From Octopus vulgaris (Eukaryota): a stretch of 64,000 nt of DNA. Within the stretch, counting starts at the first letter, position 1; every line of letters starts with the position of its first letter. Shown piece after piece: positions 27,241 to 39,800 of this stretch. The stretch spans positions 33,976,001 to 34,040,000 of the forward strand of contig OX597831.1 in assembly GCA_951406725.2 (NCBI GenBank), in the 5' to 3' direction. The translations under genes and the position numbers were made by a program. A model generated the notes under the pieces. That model searched no databases. It saw nothing but the letters and a program-made list of their open reading frames with translations, and was not told the DNA's origin.

Positions 27241-27466
27241 TTAACCCTATGCCTGTCCAAAGCATTTTCATAAGAACTGCCCTAAACGTGCATACGTTGC
27301 ATACGTTCTGAATAAAAGAAAACTTTTTTCCATAAGTCCATAATTACTCAGGTTGTTGAAAAAATAATGGAAATGTGCATGATATATGATGCCTGAACTT
27401 CAGAGAAATATGTCCTGCGTATCACACGTGAGTACAGGACAGGATACAAAACAGGGCAAAGAATTA
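27241..27466. mobile_element. Possible piggyBac-type MITE
   Basis: TTAA|CCCTATGCCTGT ... ACAGGGCAAAGAA|TTAA. An internal segment of about 55 bp recurs at about 20061-20117. Confidence 0.4.
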
Positions 27467-30047
27467 AAACTTTTTAGGTGAAATTTGATAGTCGGAACCT
27501 TCGCGGAATCCAGCTCACAGACCGCTGGTGTTTGGGAGTGGTAGACCTACTCTCCTGCCGCATATCAAACCATATCACCATATCACATCTGGCCTTTAGT
27601 AGAATATATTCTGCTGCATACATTGGAGCTAGACATTTGTCTGGGGAATAAAAAGTTTTTCTTAGCAAGTTAGTGATTTTAGGTCCGATCTGATTCAACA
27701 ACACCGACGATAAGTGTCTCCTATTATAACTTCGAGGTAACCAAACCATCGTGAGTTCGATCCCATTATTTGGAACTTTGAATAAGCAGTTCACCATGGT
27801 TTCAGATTGGCTAACACCTTGTGGGTGAAATTTGATTGTTAGAAATTATGTAGAATCTAGCCAAAGGACTATTGTTTCGGAGTAGTAGACATAATCTAGT
27901 ACCTTCTACCACCTGACCCTACTAACTCTTGAGTACCTTCAGTGGGATTTATTCCACAGCACGCATTTGGGCCAGACACTGGACTGGGGGATAACGTCAG
28001 TCCTTCCTCTCACTGGTCCTGCTGCTGTCCTTCCTCGTTCGACTAAATAAGCCAGTAAGAAAGAAAAAAAGAAAGAAAAGAAAAACAAGCTAATTCCTCA
28101 AATCGTGTTGAAATGCTAAGGAATAATAATGGTTTAATCTGGGCGAGACGCTGAATGAAATTTTGCCAAAATACAATTCAAAAGAAATTGGATAAGAAAA
28201 TATTATTCGTGCTTCCTCACATAAAAGATATTGATATAGATCAATGTACAGCGTGATGACTTCTTAATAATAGAAAAAAAAATGCTACAGAATGTTCATG
28301 TAACGGAACTGTGCTATTTACATAGAAACTTGAAAAAAGTTTGATTCTGTATGAAGAGTCGATATGTGCGCGTCAGAAACAGGGAAATTTTAATAAGTTG
28401 TGGTGTGTTATATCTAAAGCTATTTCCAAATTTGTACATCAAAACAATATCGCATTTTATGATAAATAATATCTTCAATAATATTCTGATTTAAACAGAA
28501 ATTAAAAATGATTTAAACATTTGAAGCATAAAAAAAAATCAATTCAAGATATATTTATATACCCGTATCTTTGTTACTTATTTGCTTTATATATATATAT
28601 ATACACTCTCAAAGCGCCGGGTGTTAAAACATCTGTAAGTCATGGGCAAGTGAGATAACCCACTTCTAATCCCATCCATCGATGTTTCACTATTTTTGTG
28701 GCTTATCAATATCACGTACCTGAACAGGATCGGAGATGAATCATTTCGCCAGTCCGTGACTTATATGCATATCATTAATTACACATTACATATAGAGCCA
28801 TATCATTAATCATACATCAGATATAGCAATATCTTAACATGTAATACGTGGTATCTTCAGTAACATCTTTCAGTGGACATGGCCTCACTTCAAGGTGTGA
28901 TGTATAAAAGTTTCAGTCATATCCTGAATTAACAGATTTAACACCACTATACCTAAAGCTGTGATAGTTAGTATCCCAAAAGCCTTCATTATTCCGTGTG
29001 TCTATCTGTAGGTTTTCTTTATTTGATTCTCTAAACCTACGCCCCATAGACATTAACAGCTGCACGGTTGATATATACTATCATTGTTGTCAATTTGTTG
29101 AGAAGACTTGAATTTTAGTGAGGAAATCTTATTTACAAAGCCGCTAGATCAATTAATTTGTGAGGGCGGAATAATTTCAAGAACGTCTGAAATGTTTGTA
29201 AAGGAAATCCAGCTTCTCGATCCTTTCGAATGTATTCAAAGAATGATTTCCTCCGCTTCCTTTACGCTTTTCAAAACCAACAACGAAAAGCCATTTTGTT
29301 GAAATGTCGGAAAAAGATAGGCTCCCGATTTCTAGAAAGTCAGCATGCCACACATTACTAGTAAATACACCAAGCATAATTACTTACAACATGTCTCGCA
29401 GACACGACACTACTTTAGTATGAACATAAAATATTGCGAATCTAAGCTTTTAGGACTTTGTTAAATTGCAGCATTCCATTAAAGTTAATGCTTTGGAACT
29501 TCCGAACAATCATTGTCAATGAAGGAAACAAACATGAAAACATTTTCAGGATAAAATAAAATGTCACGAGTTAACTTCGTGCTGTATTCCTGACATCGCA
29601 TCGATCTTCTTCTTCTCATGCATCAGTTTAACTCTTTACCTTTATGTTATCCAATATGTCATTCCCAAGTCATTTTATTTGATCTATATTTTTACTTTCC
29701 TTATGTTTTTACTCTCCACAGTTACTTTGTTTTCACTAAAGAACTTATCCATTTACCTTGGTTTACGTTCTCAACTTCTGTTCTTCCTTTTATCGAATCG
29801 ACTTTTACAAACGTTCCCTTCGCATGACTTTAGAAAATAGCAACAGAAAAATCAACAAACAAAAACAAAAAGAAGCAGATTTTTTTTTATTCCAACACAA
29901 AGTAATTTTGCGCAGTTCTACACTATCCATATTTTATTGTCCCATCCAAAATGCATCTCTTTTTAGATATTTCCATGGATTAGCGCCTCCTACCTTAAAA
30001 AGTTATGAAAATGACTACATAAATTGAAAAATTATGTTTGGGTTTCT

Positions 30048-30520
30048 GATTTAGGCACAAGGTCGACAATTTTGAAGGAAGAGTGTTAGTCGATACCATA
30101 GACCCCAATACTTGACTGGCACTGTACTTTGTCGACCCCCGAGGGATGAAAGACAAAGTTGATTTCGATTAGAATTAAACACAGGAAGTGAAGATCCAGA
30201 ACTACCGTAAGGTATTTTTTCTGTCCTCCTTACGAAGTACTTGAATGACACTCTATTTTATCGACCCTGGAGGGGTGAAAGGTAAAATTGCCCTCTGCTG
30301 GATTTAGACTCAGAACATAAAAAGCCGGAAAAATATCACAAGGCATTTTATCCGACGCCTTAACGAAATACTTGATCGGTACTTTATTTTATCGACACCA
30401 GAGGAATGAAAGACAAAGTTGACTTCGGTGGCATTTGAACTCATAACGTAAAGAGCCGGAAGAAATATCACTAAACATTTTTTCAACCACCGTAAAATTT
30501 TTGTCAATCCACCGCTCCGA
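30048..30520 (-). mobile_element. Diverged SINE family B multimer
   Basis: Three repeats of TCGACCCC..GGATGAAAG.CAAAGT.GAC. Confidence 0.7.
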
Positions 30521-31179
30521 GGATTTACGTAATGAAATATGCTGCAACATAAAACATAATATTGCTCACTGACAACACAATATGAAATTCATATTGAAAT
30601 CCTGATAGAGAATTTTTTTTAGAAAATATCTTTAAAATACAATTATTGTACGTTGTTTAAATATTTCATTTCTTAGAAAAACCATGGCACATCTAAATAA
30701 TACCTCATTAAGATTCGCCACCCGTTTGCGAGTTCACAACGCTCCATAGCGGGCGCTACCTGCACACACTAAGACCTGTATGTTTAGGACGATGCTATGG
30801 ATTGTCTTTTCCTTTTCTTTAGTTTTTTTTACGGTAGAGTGTGTGGTTTGAGGGGGAATTTGCCTATTATTTCTAATTGCACATAAGAGCTACTTACTAT
30901 TTAGAAACTCGTTCGGTAACTCGTTGGCAAGAGTTTGTAAACTAATAATCAAAAGAAAACAAAACGACACAAACAGACAACAACAACAACATCAGCAGCA
31001 ACATCACCACCAACAGCAGCAGTATGTTGCTTCTCGAATGATGAATTACGATTTGGTTCTAATTTTATTTTGCATTTTATAAATTTGGATTTTTTTTTCC
31101 TCTCCCTTTCACATTACATTACAACGAAATGAGTTTTAATGACGGAAATGGCGTTAATGACGAAACGCCTTTAGCGAAC

Positions 31180-31260
<81 letters not shown>

Positions 31261-31705
31261 AAAAATGTGCAAACTTAAATAAATTAATAATGAAGAATTT
31301 TACCATAATTCCCAGGATAATTTCGTTACTGAAATAAGTAATGGTTCATTACAAAACAAACGAATGAATGAATGAATTGAATAATGTGTAAAATCAAAAT
31401 AAATCTCTTGATAATATAATGAAAAAAAAAAAGAAAAAGAAAATGAAGGAGTAACGAAGAATACAGTCACTCACCTAACATCGGAAAATGAATAATTAGA
31501 AACAGCAGTCAAACTATCATCTAGCAATTACATCTTACTATCTTTCAAAAAAGAAACGATATAGGGTGGAGAGAAGCAGAAAGAATGCCTTGATGTAAAA
31601 TGTGAAAAAAACAAACCAAGAAAAATCACGAAAAACAAACAGAAAACAATGTGAACACTGTTTGTACGTAGTTAATCATAGATCATTATCACAGTTGACC
31701 TTATA

Positions 31706-32365
31706 AGGCAGTGAGCTGGTAGAAACGTTGGATCTCCGGGAAAAACGCTTAGCAGTACTTCGTCCGTCTTTACGTTCTGAGTTCAAATTCCGCCGAGGTC
31801 GACTTTGCATTTCATCCTTTCGGGGTCAATGAATTAAGTACCAGTTACGCACTGGGGTTGATGTAATCGACTTAATCCCTTTGTCTGTCTTTGTTTGTCC
31901 CTTCTGTGTTTATCCCCTTATGGGTAATAAAGAAATAAGAAAGGTCAGATCGCCCGGAAAGCGCTTAGCGGTGTTTCGTCCGTCTTTACGTTCTGAGTTC
32001 AAATTCGGCCAAAGTCGACTTTACCCTTCATTCTTCTGGGGTCAAGAAATTAAATACCAATGAAACACTTGTGTTAATGCAATCTACTAATGTTCTTCCC
32101 CTCCCCATATTTCAGGCCTTCTGCTTTTAGTTGGAAGGATTATTATAGCCGACCTTAGAAGGCGGTGAGCTGGCAGAAAGGTTAGCAAAAAGATTAGCGG
32201 CGTTTCGTCTGTCTTAAGCGTTCTGCGTTCAAATGCCGCCAAAGTCGACCTTGCCTTTCATCATTTTGGGGGCGATAGAATAAGTACCAGTTGACTACTG
32301 GGGTTGATGTAATCACTTACCCCTCCCCGAAATTGCTGGCCTAGTGCCAAAATTTGAACAAATTA
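31706..32365 (+). mobile_element. SINE family B cluster (dimer plus monomer)
   Basis: Heads at 31706 and about 32159; three cores. Confidence 0.8.
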
Positions 32366-33731
32366 TTACAGCTGACCGTGAATTTATCACTTTTTGTGGT
32401 CTTGAGATTTCTACTGCTCTTTCTAGCACAACGATTTCCTATTTGGAAGCCTCTTATTGTATTTCTATATGAATAATATATAGTCTAATGACTAATTCGT
32501 TTTTTGTGCTAGGCCACTGGTAATAATAATTTATTATTACCCTATTTTATTATGTTTAAATATTGTTTGATAAATTTGTTCGAAATTTTATTACATTTAT
32601 TCATATATAGTACATACATACACACACATATATGCATGAAGAATTAACGTTGCTGGCGTCTGTCTATGCAACTGGGTTTATGTTCTCCAGTGTAAAACAG
32701 TTTTTCCTTATATCGAACATCATGTAGCTACTCGAGAAAGAAAGAGCGTTAAAACTAATATCTGACGAAGATCGATATAGACAGTGCCCCAGTATAAGCG
32801 CAATCCAGTCACTAAAACGAGTGCATGATTGCAGATATCGTGGTGGTGGTGGTGGGGCCCTGCACGGTAACAATACGTCGCTCCATCCACCATTTGTTGG
32901 TGACTCCCTACTATTTCTGGCAGATGACACCTTTGCCCCACTCAGGTCACAATCCTCCAAATCATGGGTCTGTTTGGGTGGTCATTGATGGTGAGGCTTT
33001 TTACGATATCGGAGCGCAATTCATAACTCAACCTCTTTTAGTCGCTTTTTAATCGACACGCAGAGGAAACGTTGGATCTATTCTTTGACATGGCGGTCTC
33101 CACGCAGCATAACATGGCGATAAATAAGAATTTAAATTAAAAGCCAAACATTCCAAACACAAACCATAGAAACTGAGTGGAACATGAAACATTAGAAGTC
33201 TTCTGTTTCACTGCGCATGATTCAGAAATTAATCCGTATATGAATAACTCCATTAATTTTACTGCAAAAAGTAAACAGACGTGCTGACAGTCACGCCTAT
33301 TAATCGCAAATATAGTGACGTAGCATATATTTCGGATCGTGCCTAGGATCACTGGGAACTTGTCTCTAAATAACCTCATCATTGATACTGTTGCTGTCGT
33401 TTAGCAACAATTAATGCGGCTTAAATTCCATGTCGTCATCCTTCACCGCGCATCAATGTGTGTACCAACTCCTCTCTTCTCCTCTTCGTCTCTTTGTGTT
33501 TGTTCGCTTGTGTGTATGAGTGTGTGTGTGTGTATTGTATATATATGTAAATATGCATATATATGTGCGTGTGTATGTATGTACGTATGTAAATATGTAT
33601 ATACACAGGAGGAGAGGGAGAGGGTAGAGAAGGTGAGGATGGCTCATAAATTTAACGCGCACTATATATATTATATAAATTTATATATACACATACATAC
33701 ATATATATACATACACACATACATACATACA

Positions 33732-33796
<65 letters not shown>

Positions 33797-35034
33797 CTTT
33801 TTTCAATTCCCGAGCGTTATACTAATACATCTGTTTGTTCTCTACACCACTTGTCTTCGTATTTTTTTAAAATTCTCCCTATATATATACATGTATATAC
33901 ACATACACAACATACATACGTACATACATATATACATGCATACATCCATACATGCATACATACATACATGCATACATACATACATACATGCATATATGTA
34001 TATTATAAGTAAAATGCAGAAAACATATTTGGTGTTTTATACTTCATAAAACATAACGCGTTTGGTCAAACTGAATGGTAGGATTACATATCAGCATGAT
34101 CAAGATTATGTAGGCAGTGCCTCAGCATGGGCGCTCTCTAAAGGCTGAAACATATAAAGATAAAATATATTCCTCGGTGATTAGCAAAAACTGAATGAGT
34201 GGTGAGGATGCGTGACTTAGTGCTTCGGGTATTCAGCTCATAGTCGTAAGGTCACAAGTTCTAATCCATGACGACGCGTTGTATCCTTGAGAATGATACT
34301 TTAAGTCATGTTGCTCCTGTCCATTCAATTGGAAAAAGTTAGTTGGACGTATAATTTAAAGAACCAGCCTCGTCACATTCTGTGTCGCGCTGAATCTGCC
34401 TAAAGAACTACGTTAAGGGTGACGCGTGTCTGTGGAATCCTGTGACACTTGCAACGTTAATTTCACGAGTACACTGTTCCGTTGGTCGGTCGGATCAAAG
34501 GGAATTCTCATCACCGCAACCAACGGAGCGCTAGGTATACTTTTACAGCCCCGTGATGTAATTTATAGAGTATGCTAGTGAAGCGGCAATGCATAGAGCA
34601 CACTGTAGCATGAAAAAGGAGAAATAAGACAGAAAGGCGAGGCCACACCTTTCCATGCATATTGGGACACTTATGTACTCTCATAACCATTCACCTAGGT
34701 ATCCTCTATGCTATGGATTCTGTCACTCCACTGCTATTGTTGACAATTTTCACAAAGGAAATGTATATTAGAGACTTAACATCATTCTTTGTAGTTTGCT
34801 AAACACTGAGAATATACCTTTATAAAACTCTGTAATTCATAAGAATATATAATTTAGCAATTATGAAATCTTTGCAGTTAATTCGCCGAAACGCTTATAT
34901 GTTTCATAAAGCATAAAACACCAAATAAGTTTTCTGTATGTTATTAATATTATGTGTCTAAAATTCCCCACACTTGCTTATCCTGTGCTATCTTAATTTG
35001 TGTTATCAAATAATTATATTTATAGGCTGTAGGG

Positions 35035-35037
<3 letters not shown>

Positions 35038-35069
<32 letters not shown>

Positions 35070-35284
35070 TACTTGTTTCAGTCATTTGACTGCGGCCATG
35101 CTGGAGCACCGCCTTTAGAGTGGTGAAAGAGTACAGCAGGGATCACCACCTCCTGCCGGAGCCTCGTGGAGCTTTTAGGTGTTTTTTCGCTCAATAAACA
35201 CGCACAACGCCCGGTCTGGGAATCGAAACCGCGATCCTCCGACCGCAAGTCCGCTGCCCTAACCACTAGGCCATTGCGCCTCCA
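35038..35284 (-). mobile_element. Chimeric SINE: family C head, family A 3' tail and poly(A)
   Basis: 35120-35284 matches 18450-18612. 35069-35117 matches the family A tail. About 31 T on the plus strand at 35038-35068. Confidence 0.85.
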
Positions 35285-35421
35285 TTTAAATGATTATATT
35301 TGCATATCACAAGCAAATAAAATAATAAATGAAGAATAAACCATAATTCAAACCGACCAGCCAAGAACAAAGAGAAAAAGATAAATAAACATGAGATAAG
35401 AAAATAAATCAGTAGATAATA

Positions 35422-35461
35422 GGCGTAGGTGTAGTTATATGGTAAGAAGCTCGCTTCCCAA
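35422..35461 (+). mobile_element. SINE family A head, cut off at the insertion site
   Basis: GGCGTAGGTGTAGTTATATGGTAAGAAGCTCGCTTCCCAA versus GGCGCAGGCGTGGCTGTGTGGTAAGAAGCTTACTTCCCAA at 15005. Confidence 0.7.
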
Positions 35462-36580
35462 TGCGCATTCGTTGTTGTCAGTGTTGTTCGTACCACTGAT
35501 TGAAGTCGCCACGCTGGTTTGAAGCTGGTGAAATAGTGATTAAAAAAGAAGCTCAACTGCAAGGTAGAACTTTTGCTTTTTTGATCCAGTGGGGGGTTTG
35601 TTGTTTGCCGTAAATATTTTTTTTTACAAACAAGAAGTCCTCAGTGGATTCTGGACTCGGGTCTGCCTACAGTTGAGTGAATAGTTTTTCTCACTTAATT
35701 GTGAGAAATGTTATTTGGGGGGGCGTATCTCGCTTCCAAAAATTTGTTCACTTTAAGCGAATAGTTTTTCTCACTTAATTGTGAGAATTGTTGTTTCCAA
35801 AATTTGTTCACTTTTAGTGAATAGTTTCTTTCAAAAATTGTGAGAATTCACCGAAGATACAACTTATTTCACCAATTTTTGTGGAAGCTGTGTTTCAAGT
35901 TGTGACGTTCTGGGTTCAAATTGGATTACAAAGTGGGCGTGGATTACCTAGTGGCCAGAAGATTTTTGCTTGCTGGGTTTTTTTCAACTGTAGACTTTTT
36001 TCTTTCTTCTATCTTTTATTTGTGACTTTCTTTTTATTGAACTGTTTTCTTTTTTCTTCCTTCCTTTTTGTTGTGATTTTCTTTTGATTTTTTGATTTTT
36101 CTTCCCTCCTTTTTTAAATTTTTTATCATGGACTGTCTGAACATTTTGTTTAAAAAAAAAACATGGCAAAGAACAAGGACAATGTTTTGGAGTAGGAAAT
36201 TGTACCACCCAAACAGTGGTTGAAAGACTTTGAAGAGAGGACGGTGGTATTGAGGACTTACTTCAAGTCGCTCGAAACCATCGCCCAAGTTGAAAAGAAT
36301 GTTATCGAAAGGGAGTTGGCAGAGAATCTGCCAGCAAATTAAATTCATCTCCAAGGGTTCAAATATGCAACGGTGTGGTTACTATTTGACACCCCCTGAG
36401 GAGACCCGCAAATTTGAGAGTCAGCCCTTGGAGAGCAAAGAGATTTTGTTCTTTCCCACGTATTGTGGGAAGTTGACAAGAGCTTGGGTCTGCGGGTTGC
36501 CAACTGGGATAGAACCCGAGTGGATAGAGGAGACTATCCGCCTGGGTTTGGGTGGCAGCGGAGCCAAGCTCCTCAATGTA
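35462..36580 (+). mobile_element. 5' part (putative 5' UTR plus ORF1 N-terminus) of a second L1/Tx1-like ORF1 element
   Basis: ORF from ATG at about 36163: MAKNKDNVLE*...ERTVVLRTY..., then SQPLESKEILFFPTYCGKLTRAWVCGLPTGIEPEWIEETIRLGLGGSGAKLLNV, clearly homologous to 3590-3886. The 3' part is lost at a (TA)n tract. Confidence 0.75.
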
Positions 36581-37499
36581 ATATATATATATATGTTTTT
36601 ATATATGTTCTTTTTTGTTTTTGCTTGGGATATGCAAGCCTAACCATATAAATCCCTGGTTCTATGCATAAATTGTTGATAAAACAAGTTATAACAACAA
36701 ACGGATTTTATACACTGAAAAGTCGACGTTCGAATGTATTTGCATAATGATGCCTCAGGAATCTAGCATATATTATATACTATATAATAATAGAACAACA
36801 TTCTTGAGATCGAATAGCGATGAAACAATTGTAAATTTATGTAATAAAATGACTTGCTCACTCCATTCTCCTTGTGAATATTTATATAAACTCATCAAAT
36901 ATTTATGGATTTTCCGAAATATTACCTGTGAAACAATCAGTCTGCGATTTAAAGTCAAATGTTATAGCTTAATGGAATGACCTCAAGAACTAAAACCTGA
37001 ATGGAATTGATATTATAAATATAAGGATCATTAAATGGCGTTTAAAGTTTACAACATATAATACATTTCATTAGAAACCCATATATGGCGTTACAGCCCA
37101 TAACAGATGCCTGGTATTACTCAGATAAACCCATATAACTGAGTGAGCAAACATAAGAAGAAAAGAGTATATACATACACGGTCACACGCACATATACAC
37201 AAACATACATGTATATGTATGTATATATATATGTATGTATGTATTGGTCATCAATCTTATTATTCATTTTGATTCATTTCAAATCATTAGTAATTTGCTA
37301 AATGACCGCGGTGATGGCAAATTTATGTTCATTAGAATAGGGAAATGTCGGCAGGATTGTCGATTGTCCTCTAATAAATTACGATCTTAAATGAGATAGC
37401 AATAGATCTAATAAAACCAATGAGAAACACACTTCCATATTGCTTGCTTCCAGCTATATTCGTCTCAATGAATTATACCTACAAGTTATGAAATCATAA

Positions 37500-37885
<386 letters not shown>

Positions 37886-37920
37886 ATGTTTATATGTTTA
37901 GATATAATTTTTCATGCATA

Positions 37921-38157
37921 CAGGGGTTGGACAAATTAATGGAAACACCTAGCATCATAGCATCATAATCTTGAAATATCTATAAATCCGTCAAAAGCTT
38001 GTTTATTTTTTGTTTTTTGATTTATTATTAGTGTTGCTTAACATGAATTGCTAAAATTGCTGTTGGTTTTCAGATATCACCAGAAAAAGGTAATTAAAAT
38101 TCATTAACATGACAGATCTATCGGACTTTCAAAGAGATGAAATTGATGGTACTCGGA
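37921..38157 (+). mobile_element. Tc1-like transposon 5' fragment
   Basis: TA|CAGGGGTTGGACAAATTAATGGAAACACC terminus, then MTDLSDFQRDEIDGTR, like the Tc1-family DLSDFQRGQIVGAR. Confidence 0.7.
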
Positions 38158-38725
38158 TTTTAATAATTTTGTTGATAGTGACTTCAAAGTTTCGCCATGT
38201 CTTGTCCGACTGCGAATCCTACCCAGATTTTAGTGTGTGAAGAGCGAAATCTAAGTAAATTTCTTATTCTGTCAAAACCGACCATTGAGGAAACTTGGAA
38301 GCCATTGTTAATAAAACGATGATACGCAAATACGTGTGTGTGTGTGTGTGTGGATGTGTGTGCTTGTGTATACATATTTATATGTGTGTGAATGTGTGTG
38401 TTCATGTATGCATGGTATGTATATAAGTACACACACATGTTACCGTGATATACTTTTGCGACTGTTGTAAGTATACGCGCATTCGAACACATTCTTATAC
38501 ACACATATCATATATATATATATACACATATATATACATACATAAAAACACACACATGTGTATTTATATTTATTTAAAGATGAATATATAGATACACGCA
38601 CACACACAAACACACGCACGTATATATGTATATAGTTGAAACTTACAGAAAAACAAAAGACGAATATAGGTGTATAAACAACATGCAGGTGTATTATTAT
38701 TTTGATTCTCGGGAAGGTGAGAGAT

Positions 38726-38761
38726 CTTTTACGTTTCGAGCTTACGCCCTTCAACAGAAAG
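38726..38761 (-). ncRNA. Minimal hammerhead-like motif of Penelope type (variant core)
   Basis: CUUU-CUGUUGA-A-GGGC-GUAA-GCUC-GAA-ACGU-A-AAAG. Confidence 0.4.
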
Positions 38762-38884
38762 GAACACGCTGAAATAAACATCCGTAAGTGTCGAACGATG
38801 AAAATAAGTGCTCAACACTGCATCGGTGGATAGAATTTCTTTATTTGTGAATTAAGCCTACCATTGGTTTCACATTAAGAAATG

Positions 38885-39575
38885 TAGGAAAATATCTTAG
38901 TGTCTTAACAATTTTCCAAGCCGATCACATGGTTTTAGCTATGATGTTCCATTTTATCTGGCTTTAGCAATGATGATACTTATTCCAACTTCTTTCAATG
39001 TCCATGTGGGATACGTAACTCCCAGATAAAATGGAACATCATCGCTAAAGCCAAAAAAAACTACAGGGGACGGGGTACTAAATGTGAACTTTGTATTACT
39101 GAAATAACTGAATATTATACTGTCAACAGACAACATTCTAAACATTAGGGATGAAGTCTTCTCTCCTTGCATACACAAGCAATATTTCACACTGAAATAC
39201 TTCAAAGAAGAGCCACCATCTACAACGCTAATCCCACCAAGATAGCCCCTCTCCTGAAAGTGAAATTTGAATATATATAACACATGAACTCCACATACAG
39301 AAGAAATACGCCCGCATGAGGAACTATCTCGTCATACAAGCATAAGAACATCACACCTAGAACAAATTTACCACACAGCTGTTTGCCCAATAGTTAAATC
39401 CAAGAGAGTCAACCACTCCAAAGATGCCATCCAAAAGTAGCGACCTTTGATCCATTGTTTTATTCATGAGAATCTCCGCGAATTCAACGAGACTTTACGC
39501 TTTCCAAAAGGGAGACGAACACCTTTCCTCCGTGTGATCGGCTTCAAAAATTAAGACACTAGGATATTTTCAGTC
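38885..39575 (+). mobile_element. Penelope-like element 3' fragment (GIY-YIG C-terminal region) with an inverted terminal repeat
   Basis: QIKWNIIAKAKKNYRGRGTKCELCITE...ILNIRDEVFSPCIHKQYFTLKYF matches the PLE C-terminal W..I..A..Y....C.LC..E..LN.R.E..S.C.H pattern. 38888-38932 is inverted at 39532-39571. Confidence 0.75.
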
Positions 39576-39619
39576 TTTTTCAACATGAAACGCATGGTAG
39601 CCTTATATATATATATATA

Positions 39620-39800
39620 TATATATTATAAAATCCGTTCTGTCTGTCTGTGTGTATGTGTGTCTCCTAAGATCTCGAGCATCCTCCATCCGATTGCACT
39701 CAAATTTGATATGTTAGATACCGACGGTATCAGGGCGTGTATAAGTCTTGAAAAAATTACAAAAATCGATTCCAGGTGAGAATGCGATCGATACAGCCGT
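39620..39800 (+). mobile_element. Possible non-autonomous Helitron/Helentron-type 5' region
   Basis: TATAAAAT...(TGTC)n...CCGATTGCACTCAAATTTG pattern; no 3' terminus found. Confidence 0.3.

Noticed and set aside
27474-27797. 107-aa ORF or possible exon after TTTTTAG
   Set aside because: No recognisable domain; it may be decayed RTE sequence, and no partner exons are visible.
28850-29450. Possible ancient pogo/Fot1-like transposase relic on the minus strand (GFPL and NNEGF words)
   Set aside because: The motifs are too short and scattered across frames to support without BLASTx.
36915-36945. Minus-strand TTTCACAG|GTAATA recursive-splice-like motif
   Set aside because: A single short motif expected by chance in 64 kb, with no gene context.
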